A stretch of 64,000 bases of DNA from Gammaproteobacteria bacterium (GTDB lineage Bacteria; Pseudomonadota; Gammaproteobacteria; Arenicellales; JAANXG01): NCBI GenBank assembly GCA_024639325.1, contig JAHEIO010000009.1, positions 14-64,013 of the forward strand, in the 5' to 3' direction. The notes under the pieces were generated by a model. That model had not been told where the DNA came from. It saw only the letters and a list, made by a program, of their open reading frames with translations, and made no database searches. Positions 27,157 through 36,259 of the stretch are shown piece after piece; position 1 is the stretch's first letter; every line of letters begins with the position of its first letter. The position numbers were made by a program, and so were the translations under genes.

Positions 27157-28749
27157 CTCGGGGAAAGAGAATGTCCGGTCGCGCTGCAGTATTTGCAGGA
27201 GTTCACCCTGCCAATCGAGCATTCTCCGCTGGGCCGCCCTCACCGTAACGGGATCGTCGCCCTCGCGCACAACGAATTCGGCCGCGGCGTCGTCCACGTC
27301 ACCAAGCGTTCTGGTCAACCCCGTTGCCAGGCTTCGACCCGAGACGTGCCAGGCTTCGGTGCCGCCGGTGAGCACGGCCACGGGCCGGTGCGTCAAATCG
27401 GCAAGATCCCGTGCGGCCAGCGACGCCAACCGGCCGTCCGGGCAGGTGGCAACCAGCATGTCCGAGGCGGGCATATCGTCCACCAGGTCGGGCAGGCGTG
27501 AACGCAGCGTCCACCAAGCGCCCGGAATGTGTCCGAGCACATACGTCGAGCTGTCGGCGAAATCCAGCACGAGTATGTTTTCCGACTGGATCCGCCGCGA
27601 CAGGTCTTCAGGGTTCATGGCGGCGGCATCGACACGGCTCAATTCGGGTATGTGCTCGCCCCGTGGCCCGGCGGCCAGCTCGTGTCCATGGACGCCGCCG
27701 TCCAGCACCGCGACATCCGGCCAACCCATCCGGCCAAGCCAGCTTGCGACGAGCGTCGACCGGGCGCCATCGTCATCGACCAGGCAGATTCGGGCGTTCA
27801 TGGTTGCGATATGATCCTCGTACAGGCCGATCAACTCGCCGCCGGGGATCCATATGGCGTCGGGCAGGTGGCCCGCTTCATATTCTTCGCGTGTCCTGAC
27901 GTCCACGACGTAGAGGGTCCTGTCCTGATCGGCCCGCCATCGATCGAGCTCGGCGGGCGTGATGCTTTCAACGCCGGTATCCACGGCCAGGCTCCGGGCC
28001 GCCTCCACCGCCAGGGCGGCTGCCTCAGCTGACGGCGGCTGCCCAACTAATTTCGAACCGGCTTCGCTCGGTTGGCCCGCCAGTTCCCAGCCGCGGACGC
28101 CGTTGGTAAGAACCAGCACCGGGTTGTCCAAACCGGCCTCGATCAGGGACTCACCGCCGAGCACGCCCCGCGTCACCGCGCCGCAGCCGACCACCACCGG
28201 CGTTCCGGGTTCGGAAACCAGATCATGTATCCGATACGGGAGTTCACCCAGCGGCACGTTGATCGCACCCGGAATGCTGCCGCCGCGGAATTCTTCCTCC
28301 GTGCGGCTGTCTATAACGACCAGCTTTTCGCCCGAACTCATTCTGGTGCTGAGTTCATCCGGTGATATGCGCGGAGGATGGTAGTGCTGATCCACGTAGA
28401 GCCCAAAGGCGTAGGTGGTCACGTAGTGGCCCCTGAACAACTCGAACCCGGATCCGGTGCAGTTGTAGACGCCCCCTTCGATAGTGGAGACATCGGTGTA
28501 GCCGGCCGCTTCCATGGTTCGCGCGGCCCTTGCCGCTAGCCCGCTGTCGTCATCACACAGCAACACCCGGGTGGTGTACCTTGGTACGAACCGCCTCATT
28601 CGCAGTTCGAGATGGCTCAACGGCAGGTTGATTGCCAGGAACAGGTGCGCGCGGGCGAATCGGCCGCGTTCGCGCACATCGAGCAGCGCGTACTCCCGGC
28701 CGTCATCGAGGATCTTTCTGAGTCCGTCGGGGTGTACCGATGTTGCCAT
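27121..28749 (-). CDS. multi-rhodanese (four tandem rhodanese-like domains) sulfurtransferase
   Basis: 542 aa with four repeats of the LLDVR / VIDSR / VVDVR / VLDF ... AxHIPGA pattern. Candidate active-site loops are CDDDSG, CGAVTRG, CLVDDDGARS and CPDGRLAS. The 3' end overlaps the convergent PhyH gene by 36 nt. Confidence 0.8.
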   Translation of the reverse strand: MATSVHPDGLRKILDDGREYALLDVRERGRFARAHLFLAINLPLSHLELRMRRFVPRYTTRVLLCDDDSGLAARAARTMEAAGYTDVSTIEGGVYNCTGSGFELFRGHYVTTYAFGLYVDQHYHPPRISPDELSTRMSSGEKLVVIDSRTEEEFRGGSIPGAINVPLGELPYRIHDLVSEPGTPVVVGCGAVTRGVLGGESLIEAGLDNPVLVLTNGVRGWELAGQPSEAGSKLVGQPPSAEAAALAVEAARSLAVDTGVESITPAELDRWRADQDRTLYVVDVRTREEYEAGHLPDAIWIPGGELIGLYEDHIATMNARICLVDDDGARSTLVASWLGRMGWPDVAVLDGGVHGHELAAGPRGEHIPELSRVDAAAMNPEDLSRRIQSENILVLDFADSSTYVLGHIPGAWWTLRSRLPDLVDDMPASDMLVATCPDGRLASLAARDLADLTHRPVAVLTGGTEAWHVSGRSLATGLTRTLGDVDDAAAEFVVREGDDPVTVRAAQRRMLDWQGELLQILQRDRTFSFPELPVLSRPHHRK

Positions 28750-28838
28750 CAGAGCGGCACGTTAAATGGATACGCAATAATATTTTTCGATCTGCGGGCA
28801 GCCTACGGCAGCCCGCTTGTGCCCGTTCAATGCCCGGA

Positions 28839-29615
28839 TCATCGAATCCGTCGCCAGTTACTTGTCGGCGGTTGCTTCTGGTGCCATCCGTAGTACGGGT
28901 GTCGGTTGACCATGGCGGGTACCTTGAAAAACCAGATCAGTATGGCGCCCGCGGCGAACCCGCCAATGTGGGCCCAGAATGCGGTGCCGCCGCCGCTCGC
29001 ACCAATGGATGCGAATCCACCGATGACCTGCAGCAGCAGCCAGTAACCCAGCATGAATATAGCGGGCACCGCGACCGTGTTCACTATAAAGCCGAGGAAG
29101 ATGAACAAGTGCACGTGCACGCGCGGATACAGCACGATGTAGGCGCCCATGACTCCTCCGATGGCACCGGACGCGCCGACCATGGGAATGGCGGACTGCG
29201 GATCGGAAAGGATCTGGCCGGCCGCGGCGGCCAGTCCGCAGAGTACGTAGAACACGGCGAATCGTACGTGCCCCATGGAATCCTCGACATTGTTGCCGAA
29301 GATCCACAGGAACCACATATTGCCCAGGATATGCATCCATCCGCCGTGCATGAACATGGAGGTCAACAAGGTGTAGGCGCTGGAAGAATCGGACAATACG
29401 CAGTAGGTCCCCGGCCCCACCTGGAAGGCGGTCCCCGGGGGCAGGGTATTGAGGAGTTCACCGGGTGTCAGGCCTAGAGTGCAGACCGATCTGGACAATG
29501 ATGGCTCGCTGCCCAATCCCTGAGCCAAAACCCACGCGATGGCGTTCAGGGCGATGATGCCGTAGGTGACATAGGGCGTTATGAAGTGGGGATTGTCATC
29601 TCGGATCGGAAACAT
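28839..29615 (-). CDS. rhomboid family intramembrane serine protease
   Basis: HGGWMHILGNMWFLWIFG and GASGAIGGVMGAY (catalytic Ser), plus a downstream AHIGGF (His). Multi-TM. Confidence 0.9.
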   Translation of the reverse strand: MFPIRDDNPHFITPYVTYGIIALNAIAWVLAQGLGSEPSLSRSVCTLGLTPGELLNTLPPGTAFQVGPGTYCVLSDSSSAYTLLTSMFMHGGWMHILGNMWFLWIFGNNVEDSMGHVRFAVFYVLCGLAAAAGQILSDPQSAIPMVGASGAIGGVMGAYIVLYPRVHVHLFIFLGFIVNTVAVPAIFMLGYWLLLQVIGGFASIGASGGGTAFWAHIGGFAAGAILIWFFKVPAMVNRHPYYGWHQKQPPTSNWRRIR

Positions 29616-29638
29616 GGGCAGATACCGGAAAGAACGGG

Positions 29639-30484
29639 CTAGTCCGGATTTGCGTCAGCGTACATGGCCTGGTTCTGGGCTGAAAGTATTCTCGAATGCC
29701 ACGCCATCGCCTCACGGGTCATATCGCCAGAGGGGGGCGGAACATGCCTAAAATGTCCATACCTGTCCCGTCCGCGAACCAGTACCGCAAAATCTTCCCT
29801 GGCGACCACCTGTCGCACGTGGGGCGCGATGTAGTTTATGGCCAGGCCGATCCTGCGTTCCCCGGAATGGTTGCAACCCGAGGCATGCAGCAGCTTACCG
29901 TGGTGGAGTGACATCTGCCCCGGTGCAAGCTGTGCAAGAACGGTTTTGTTTTCGTCGATCTCGATGTCGGCCTCCTGACCGCGCGTGAGGAAATTCGTTT
30001 CCTCGTTAGTATCCCGGTGGGGAAGCAATGCGCCTTTGTGGGAAGCGGGGACGAAGCGCATGCAGCCGTTGGTTTCCGTTGCCGGGCTCAACGCCAGCCA
30101 TGCGCTGACCTCGGCCTCGCTGTCCAGGCCCCAGTAGCGGAGATCCTGGTGCCAACTGACATAGCTCTCGCTGTGGGGCTCCTTGATGAAGAATGTCGCC
30201 CCCCAGACCAGGATGTCGGGGCCTAGGATGGATGCGACCGCATCCAGTATTCGGGGATGGCGTACGACGTCGTTTGCAAATGTAAAAATGACGTGCGGGT
30301 AGTTGAGCTGGGATTTGTTGCCAAGTTTGCTGCCCTCATTCTTCTTTTCCAGCGACTCCAGTACCTGCCGATAGTCGGCGGCCTCATCGGCACTCAAAAC
30401 ATCTACGGGAAAAAAATAGCCGTCGCTATCGAATTTCCCGGGGATGTCTGGGTAATCGTGGGCTGCCTTGAAGGATTCGCTCAT
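29639..30484 (-). CDS. phytanoyl-CoA dioxygenase (PhyH) family oxygenase
   Basis: Start taken at MSESFKAAH (ATG 30484). WHQDLRYW (HxD) and LHHGKLLHAS motifs. Confidence 0.8.
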   Translation of the reverse strand: MSESFKAAHDYPDIPGKFDSDGYFFPVDVLSADEAADYRQVLESLEKKNEGSKLGNKSQLNYPHVIFTFANDVVRHPRILDAVASILGPDILVWGATFFIKEPHSESYVSWHQDLRYWGLDSEAEVSAWLALSPATETNGCMRFVPASHKGALLPHRDTNEETNFLTRGQEADIEIDENKTVLAQLAPGQMSLHHGKLLHASGCNHSGERRIGLAINYIAPHVRQVVAREDFAVLVRGRDRYGHFRHVPPPSGDMTREAMAWHSRILSAQNQAMYADANPD

Positions 30485-30596
30485 TCCAGTATCCTCGCTT
30501 GAAACGATTTCGCTCTGTCGGGGTAGGGTAACTTTATCCACACACACACCCCGGGCGCAAGGCGCCTCGACCGGCTCGGTAAGGTATACGCGCTGC

Positions 30597-31481
30597 TTAT
30601 TTGTCCAGGCCTTCGGTTGCGGCCGGGCATTTGCCGGTATCGCTCTCCCCGGCGGCCGCAGCCGGCAGTTCGAAAGTGGTGGAGGCCCAGAGGCTTTCCC
30701 AAACCGCGTTGATGTCTTCCAGTGTTCGAGGGGTTGGTTCGATCACGTGAACGGCGTTCAGCAGAAACCGGCCACCGTCGCTGCGGGGCACCAGGGCCCG
30801 ACCGGTATCGTCCGTGGCTATCGTCGATCGTGTGGCGTCGCAACCGCCGTACTTTCTGAATACGGATATCTGCGCGGAAGCAAGCCCCTTGCCTTGCCAC
30901 AACAGCATCACCGCGATGTCGTCACCGGTTGAATCGGCGTACGGATTGGTTTCCAGCACAAGTTCCAACGGCATTCCCATGATCCTGTCCGCCCCGGCGG
31001 CGTCTCCGACCTGAACGAGCGCTTTTGCGTACCGTGTGTAGGCCTCGATGACTTTTCTGCGGGAAAGTCCCCGGCGCTTGTGTTCGTCGAGAACCCATGC
31101 ATTTCCCTCTTTGGTTGCGAAGCGTTCGAACTTTGAAAAATCTTCGTATACCGCGGATTGTGGCCTGGATTGGTAGGTGAGAATATGAAGATCTGCCCGC
31201 TGAACCGGGACGTTGACGGCTGGTAACTCTCCGAGCCTTCCGCTGACGGGTCTATTCCCCTTAGAATCGGTTATGCTGAGTTCCACGAACTTATCCGGAA
31301 TAAACGACTGCGGGTTACCTTTGAAGTGTTGACCCACATTCAAATTCGCAACGAGGTTTTCCGTGGTCGATATGTCAAAACGTACCGGTTCGATCCAGAA
31401 TTCATGTGCACCGGTGTAAGCGGGTAACAGGAATGATAAACACAACAAGTAGATGTGGCGGTATGTGCGGCGTACCTTCAT
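30597..31481 (-). CDS. DUF4198-domain periplasmic protein (Ni/Co-uptake associated family)
   Basis: A signal peptide is followed by AHEFWIEP, a characteristic DUF4198 N-terminus (memory). Confidence 0.7.
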   Translation of the reverse strand: MKVRRTYRHIYLLCLSFLLPAYTGAHEFWIEPVRFDISTTENLVANLNVGQHFKGNPQSFIPDKFVELSITDSKGNRPVSGRLGELPAVNVPVQRADLHILTYQSRPQSAVYEDFSKFERFATKEGNAWVLDEHKRRGLSRRKVIEAYTRYAKALVQVGDAAGADRIMGMPLELVLETNPYADSTGDDIAVMLLWQGKGLASAQISVFRKYGGCDATRSTIATDDTGRALVPRSDGGRFLLNAVHVIEPTPRTLEDINAVWESLWASTTFELPAAAAGESDTGKCPAATEGLDK

Positions 31482-31510
31482 TTCTTGAATAATCCCACAA
31501 GGTTGACCTC

Positions 31511-32677
31511 ATGATGTTCCGCTGCCGGCGCTTTCGTCAAGCCGGGGTGAATCGTAAGTCGTTCGCGTTTTGTTTCCTGGTTCTGCTCGTGAGCGCTGTC
31601 CCTTGCGTTGCCCACGAAATCAATCCGGCCCTCGTCGATCTGGCTTTCCGGGAAGACGGACGATATGAACTCAACGTAAAACTCAATCTAGAAGCGCTGA
31701 TGGCGGAAATCGGGCCGGAGCATTCCGACACCGCGGACTCCGCCAACAGCGAGAAGTACGAGGCGTTGAGGGCGCGGCCGCCGGAGGAACTGCGCGATGA
31801 ATTCGAGCGCTTCCGGAGTCGGTTCCTCAACGGCATCAGAGTGCGAGTGCAGGACGGTCAAATGCTCCAGCACGAAGTCAGGGCGATCCACCTTCCGGAG
31901 GTGGGGGACACCGACCTGGCGCGTATCTCGACAATCGTTCTCGAATCCACGGCACGGGTAACCGGTGAAAGTATCGTGTGGTCGTGGGACGGGCGATTCG
32001 GCGCCAACATCATTCGCGTCGTCGGGCCGGACGGGCAAGACCGCTATTCGGCTTACCTGACGGACGGTGCGCCGAGTGATCCGATCCCCGTCACCGGCGG
32101 GCCGCAACAGGGCATGGCGGCGGTAATCGCCAATTATCTCAAAATCGGGTTTACCCATATCCTGCCCCTGGGTCTGGATCACATCCTGTTCGTCGTCGGT
32201 CTGTTTTTGTTGAGCACCGCGCTGCGCCCCCTGGTTCTGCAGGTTACGAGCTTCACCGTAGCCCACACCATTACGCTCGCTTTGGGTTTCCTGGATATTG
32301 TTCAAATCCCGGCATCGATTGTCGAACCGCTGATTGCCGCGTCGATCGTATACGTGTGCATTGAAAACATCATGACCGACGAACTCCACAAATGGCGCAC
32401 GCTGGTGGTGTTCTGCTTCGGCCTGTTGCACGGGCTGGGATTTGCCGGCGTGCTTTCGGATGTCGGGGTGTCGTCCACATACTTCATGACGGCGCTGCTG
32501 GCGTTCAATATCGGGGTGGAGTTGGGACAGCTCGCGGTGATTGCCGGCTGTTTCGTTGTTTTAGGCTGGTTTCGCAATCAGCCCTGGTACCGGGCCGCGG
32601 TTACAATCCCGGCTTCGGCGGTGATTGGCCTGATTGGCGCGTACTGGTGCGTTCAGCGAATCTCACTGGCGCTGTAA
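31511..32677 (+). CDS. HupE/UreJ family metal transporter-like membrane protein with long periplasmic N-domain
   Basis: The C-terminal half has GLDHILFVVGL and LHGLGFAG motifs and about 6 TM segments. The start is uncertain because only 29 nt separate it from the divergent DUF4198 start. GTG 31547 is an alternative. Confidence 0.75.
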   Translation: MMFRCRRFRQAGVNRKSFAFCFLVLLVSAVPCVAHEINPALVDLAFREDGRYELNVKLNLEALMAEIGPEHSDTADSANSEKYEALRARPPEELRDEFERFRSRFLNGIRVRVQDGQMLQHEVRAIHLPEVGDTDLARISTIVLESTARVTGESIVWSWDGRFGANIIRVVGPDGQDRYSAYLTDGAPSDPIPVTGGPQQGMAAVIANYLKIGFTHILPLGLDHILFVVGLFLLSTALRPLVLQVTSFTVAHTITLALGFLDIVQIPASIVEPLIAASIVYVCIENIMTDELHKWRTLVVFCFGLLHGLGFAGVLSDVGVSSTYFMTALLAFNIGVELGQLAVIAGCFVVLGWFRNQPWYRAAVTIPASAVIGLIGAYWCVQRISLAL

Positions 32678-33013
32678 GGTGATCAACCCGCATTTCTCAA
32701 CAGGCAGCTATATAAGCTTTTTTATCATTCGAAGGTCCGCTGCAAGTTGCCGCATACCAAAACAACCGTACAATGGCACCAGGGTATGATCATCCGGGGC
32801 CGTGGACCTCATCTGATCCTGAGCTCGTCCTTCGAAGTAGAAGTGCCGGAGATCCCCCGCGGCGCCTCGTTCTTCGTGCAACAAGCCGGCCCGAATCACT
32901 TGGCTGGCCCAATGCTTGCATGAAAATATGCAAGGGGGGGTTACGCCCGGCGTGACCGGCAGTGTAAGCTCAGCACCGCTAAACAATCATATTTAAAAGA
33001 GAGAGAACCAGTC

Positions 33014-33646
33014 ATGATGCTGATCGATTTTCTGTTCCGCTGGGGACACGTGCTGTTTGGGATTACCTGGATCGGATTGCTCTACTATTTCAATTTCGTC
33101 CAGGGAGAATACTTTAAGGAGGCGACCGCGGATGCGAAGGCGGACGCCACCAAAAAACTCGCACCGCGAGCGCTGTGGTGGTTTCGATGGGGGGCCATGT
33201 TCACGTTCCTGACGGGCCTGTATCTGTACGGAATGTTGGGCGGCGGGTTTAACCAGTACATCACCCTGGGCGCGCTCATGGGAACGTTTATGTTTCTGAA
33301 CGTCTGGTTGATAATCTGGCCAAACCAGAAAATCGTGTGCGGACTGGTGGAGGGCGACGCGGCGGCCGCGGGTCCCAAGGCACTACTGGCCTCTCGAACC
33401 AACACGCTGTTTTCCGCCCCCATGTTGTTTGGTATGCTGGGCTCCAAACACGGCACCTATTCGATGTCCGGTCTTGAGGGTATCAGTCTCGGCGATGCCG
33501 GATTTATGATCGCGCTGCTTGCTATCCTGGCCCTGGAGGCAAATGCCATATTTGGCAAGCTGGGTCCGATCGCGACCGTAAAGGGGGTCATCCACTCCAG
33601 TCTGGTGCTGACTATCGTGCTGTTCGGGATTGTTCATTTTCTCTAG
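33014..33646 (+). CDS. integral membrane protein with PuuD-N-terminal-like motif, function unknown
   Basis: 210 aa with 5-6 TM segments. FRWGHVLFGITWIGLLYYFNF resembles the membrane domain of urate hydroxylase PuuD-type proteins (memory only). Confidence 0.6.
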   Translation: MMLIDFLFRWGHVLFGITWIGLLYYFNFVQGEYFKEATADAKADATKKLAPRALWWFRWGAMFTFLTGLYLYGMLGGGFNQYITLGALMGTFMFLNVWLIIWPNQKIVCGLVEGDAAAAGPKALLASRTNTLFSAPMLFGMLGSKHGTYSMSGLEGISLGDAGFMIALLAILALEANAIFGKLGPIATVKGVIHSSLVLTIVLFGIVHFL

Positions 33647-33728
33647 CCGGCTAGCCCGCATATAACGGGCTGGACGTATTCCAAGGCCAAGGGGGCGGTT
33701 TTCGGAAAAGAACCCGGACCTTTAACTG

Positions 33729-34808
33729 TTACTCGGTGGTACGCGTCTGAGGCGTGGACCTCTGCGCCCGACGATAGCGCTGGGGACTCATGCCGGTCCA
33801 GTTGCGGAATGCGCGAGAAAACGCCGACAACTCGGAGTATCCGAGAAGCAGCGCAACCTCGGTCAGCGGCATGTCCGAGTCCTTGATGTAGTGCAGCGAC
33901 AGCTCCTGTCTGGCGGCGCGGACTAGGTCCTGGAACGACAACCCGTGTGCGTTCAGTTCGTTTTGAAACCGGCATTCGGAAATGCCAAACAGACGGGCGA
34001 TCTGTGCCAGGCTGGGGGGGGTAGTGCTGAGGTTCAGTTTTATCTGATTGCGAACGATGGAAGCGAAAGTCTCGGGATTGTCGTGAAGCTCGCAGCGAGA
34101 CCTCAGAAACGGTTCAATGATGGAAAAAAGGTACGGGTCCTGGTCGGGCATTCGAGCGTCCAGATCACTGCGCCTGAAAGCCATGGCATTGGTGCGCCGG
34201 CCGAACAGTACGGGTGCGCCGAATACGTTCTCGTGTTCCGAATCGAATTGCGGCGCAGGGTGCTCGAAACGGATCTCGAGTGGTGACCAGCCCTTGCCGA
34301 GAGCGCTGCGGAACACATTCCAGAACATTCCCATCGACAGCTCGGCATCCTGTCTGCGGTCGCTGATGCGCGGATCATAGATCCTGTAGCTGAGCCAGAG
34401 AATGTCGCCGTCCTGGATGAGACTGAAGCTAGACTGCTCCTGGTGCGCCGGAAAATAAGTCTCCATGTTGCGCAGCGCGGCGGAAAGCGTCGGGGAGCTG
34501 ATTGCGGCGTAGCCGATGGCACCCAGCTTTTTGGGCTCGAACTGTGCGCCGAAGTGAAGACCGAAATTGTCATTGCCGGTTTGCCGGGCGGCCTCGGTGA
34601 ACAGCTGACAGAACTGTTGCAGGCTGATCTCCCGTATTGGACTGCCGAGATCCTCGACACTGAGCGCGGTAGAGCCGAAGATCGAATCCACATCACCATG
34701 ATTTAGCTCGATCATATCGGCCACACCCGTTGCGGCTGACGCAAGTACTTTCGACGGCTCTGCAATAGTGTTCATATTGCCGCTGCTTGGCAGTTGCTTT
34801 CGATTCAA
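33729..34808 (-). CDS. AraC family transcriptional regulator (N-terminal ligand/arabinose-binding-like domain + C-terminal HTH_18)
   Basis: The C-terminal tandem HTH is SLAQIARLFGISECRFQNELN...PLTEVALLLGYSELSAFSRAFRNWTGMSPQRYR. It is divergent from the BMC/ABC operon. Start 34808 or ATG 34775. Confidence 0.9.
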   Translation of the reverse strand: MNRKQLPSSGNMNTIAEPSKVLASAATGVADMIELNHGDVDSIFGSTALSVEDLGSPIREISLQQFCQLFTEAARQTGNDNFGLHFGAQFEPKKLGAIGYAAISSPTLSAALRNMETYFPAHQEQSSFSLIQDGDILWLSYRIYDPRISDRRQDAELSMGMFWNVFRSALGKGWSPLEIRFEHPAPQFDSEHENVFGAPVLFGRRTNAMAFRRSDLDARMPDQDPYLFSIIEPFLRSRCELHDNPETFASIVRNQIKLNLSTTPPSLAQIARLFGISECRFQNELNAHGLSFQDLVRAARQELSLHYIKDSDMPLTEVALLLGYSELSAFSRAFRNWTGMSPQRYRRAQRSTPQTRTTE

Positions 34809-34928
34809 CCTGCTCCGAGCGGCATAGCGCCGTCCACATCACAGGCTTTAAGCGGTCAGAATGTCTTAATATTCACCCGAAATCAACCGGCGCGGCGGCG
34901 ATAACCAGGGACTTGGACGGGGAAATAC

Positions 34929-34989
34929 TGTCAAATTCTAGAGAAAAGCTGTCAAGCGGGGTTGCAATAAAGCGGGCAAACTCAATAAT
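34929..34989 (+). promoter_or_regulatory. direct TGTCAA repeats (21-bp spacing) abutting a sigma70-like promoter for the ABC/BMC operon
   Basis: TGTCAA at 34929-34934 and 34950-34955. TTGCAA (34962-34967), a 16-nt spacer, then AATAAT (34984-34989). AGGAGG RBS before ATG 35044. Also AAGCGGG at 34954 and 34970. Confidence 0.4.
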
Positions 34990-35043
34990 GGGGCGAAATA
35001 AAGAAGATAAATCTCAACAGCCATACCAAACAGGAGGATACAG

Positions 35044-36177
35044 ATGAAGCTCACCCGGAGACAATTCAATAAAACCGCAGCCGCCACCGTAGGCTTGGCC
35101 GCAATGAGCCCGCTTCACCGGGCCCTCGCAGATCGTAATGATCAGATGAATATACTGTGTTGGGAGGGGTACAACTCGGACGAAGTGCTGGGCCCTTTTC
35201 GCGACGCGAATGCCGGTGCCACGGTGCGGGCGGAGAGTGGAACGTCTGATCCGGACATGATCAACAAGCTCCGTGCAGGTGAAGTCAACGTATGGGACCT
35301 GATCAATGTGAACCAGCCCTGGGCAAGTGCACAGCTGTATCCCGAAAAATTGATTAAGCCGCTCAACAAGGATCGGTTCATGCCTTATTTCGAGAGGATG
35401 CTGCCGGAATTTTCGGGTCCATATCCCCTGGCCTTCGCCGACGACGGTGAACTCATCGGCATGCCCCAGCGGTATGGTCCGTTCAGCTTCGTGGTCAATA
35501 CGGACAAGATAAGCCGAGGCATGGCGGAAGATCAGGGTTGGAAACTGTTTCTGGATCCCGGTCTGAACCAGCGTTACGGTATCCTCACTTATGACAACTG
35601 GAACATCATGCACATGTGCCTGACCGGCGACCAAAATCCTTTCGACCCAATGGACGACGCCGGACTGGAGACCTTCAAGGGCACGGCGGAAGCCGTTTTT
35701 GCGGGCGCCAAGCTGCTGACGGACGACCTGGTGGCCATGAACACCGCGCTGATCAACGGGGAAATCGACGCTTATTTCACGGGGGGCACCTATACCGCGT
35801 CTCCCGCACGCCTGGATGGTGCGACCAATATCCGGGGAATTACGCCGAATTCCGGTCCGGTTGACGGCAAGGGCGGCGTTGTCTGGATCGAACTCACCTC
35901 GGCCGTAAACAATCCCGACCCGTCGATACTGGCGGAAGATTTCCTCGAATTCGTGCAGGATCCCGAAATCTGCAAGGCGGTGAGCTTTGCGGAGGGTACT
36001 TACAACCCCGTGAGCCAGATGGGCGATTCGAAGGTATTTGCCCAGTACGACGAAGATGAACTCGATGCAATACAGTGGGACAGCCTCGGCGAAGAGATGG
36101 CGCGATCGCTGGATTATCAGGTCGTTGCCTCCTACGACAAGCTGAACGAGATCTACAACGCTGCCAAGCGGGGTTGA
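35044..36177 (+). CDS. ABC transporter substrate-binding protein, PotD/PotF-like (polyamine/amine family), Tat signal
   Basis: MKLTRRQFNKTAAATVGLAAMSPLHRALA is a twin-arginine signal. The size and composition fit PotD-family receptors. Confidence 0.8.
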   Translation: MKLTRRQFNKTAAATVGLAAMSPLHRALADRNDQMNILCWEGYNSDEVLGPFRDANAGATVRAESGTSDPDMINKLRAGEVNVWDLINVNQPWASAQLYPEKLIKPLNKDRFMPYFERMLPEFSGPYPLAFADDGELIGMPQRYGPFSFVVNTDKISRGMAEDQGWKLFLDPGLNQRYGILTYDNWNIMHMCLTGDQNPFDPMDDAGLETFKGTAEAVFAGAKLLTDDLVAMNTALINGEIDAYFTGGTYTASPARLDGATNIRGITPNSGPVDGKGGVVWIELTSAVNNPDPSILAEDFLEFVQDPEICKAVSFAEGTYNPVSQMGDSKVFAQYDEDELDAIQWDSLGEEMARSLDYQVVASYDKLNEIYNAAKRG

Positions 36178-36197
36178 TACGCTCCTTCCAGGCCCTA

Positions 36198-36225
36198 CCG
36201 ACCGGGCAGCACGATGCCCGGTCGG
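36198..36225 (+). other. intercistronic stem-loop between the SBP and ATPase genes
   Basis: ccgaccgggc - agcacgat - gcccggtcgg is a perfect 10-bp stem (11 bp if a36208 pairs with t36215). There is no U tract. Confidence 0.6.
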
Positions 36226-36259
36226 GGACGCCTAAAGCCTGCTCAATAATCTTTCTCCC

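Noticed and set aside
32708-32986. 92-aa minus-strand ORF inside the long gap upstream of 33014.
   Set aside because: No RBS-like sequence, an odd composition and no family resemblance. The region is kept as non-coding and flagged as a finding instead.
32678-33013. Possible cobalamin or purine riboswitch, given the neighbouring Ni/Co-uptake genes and the PuuD-like gene.
   Set aside because: I could not find a B12 box, the conserved GGGAA/GCCACTG-type cores, or the purine-riboswitch U/C-rich junction by eye. A covariance-model scan is needed before any claim.
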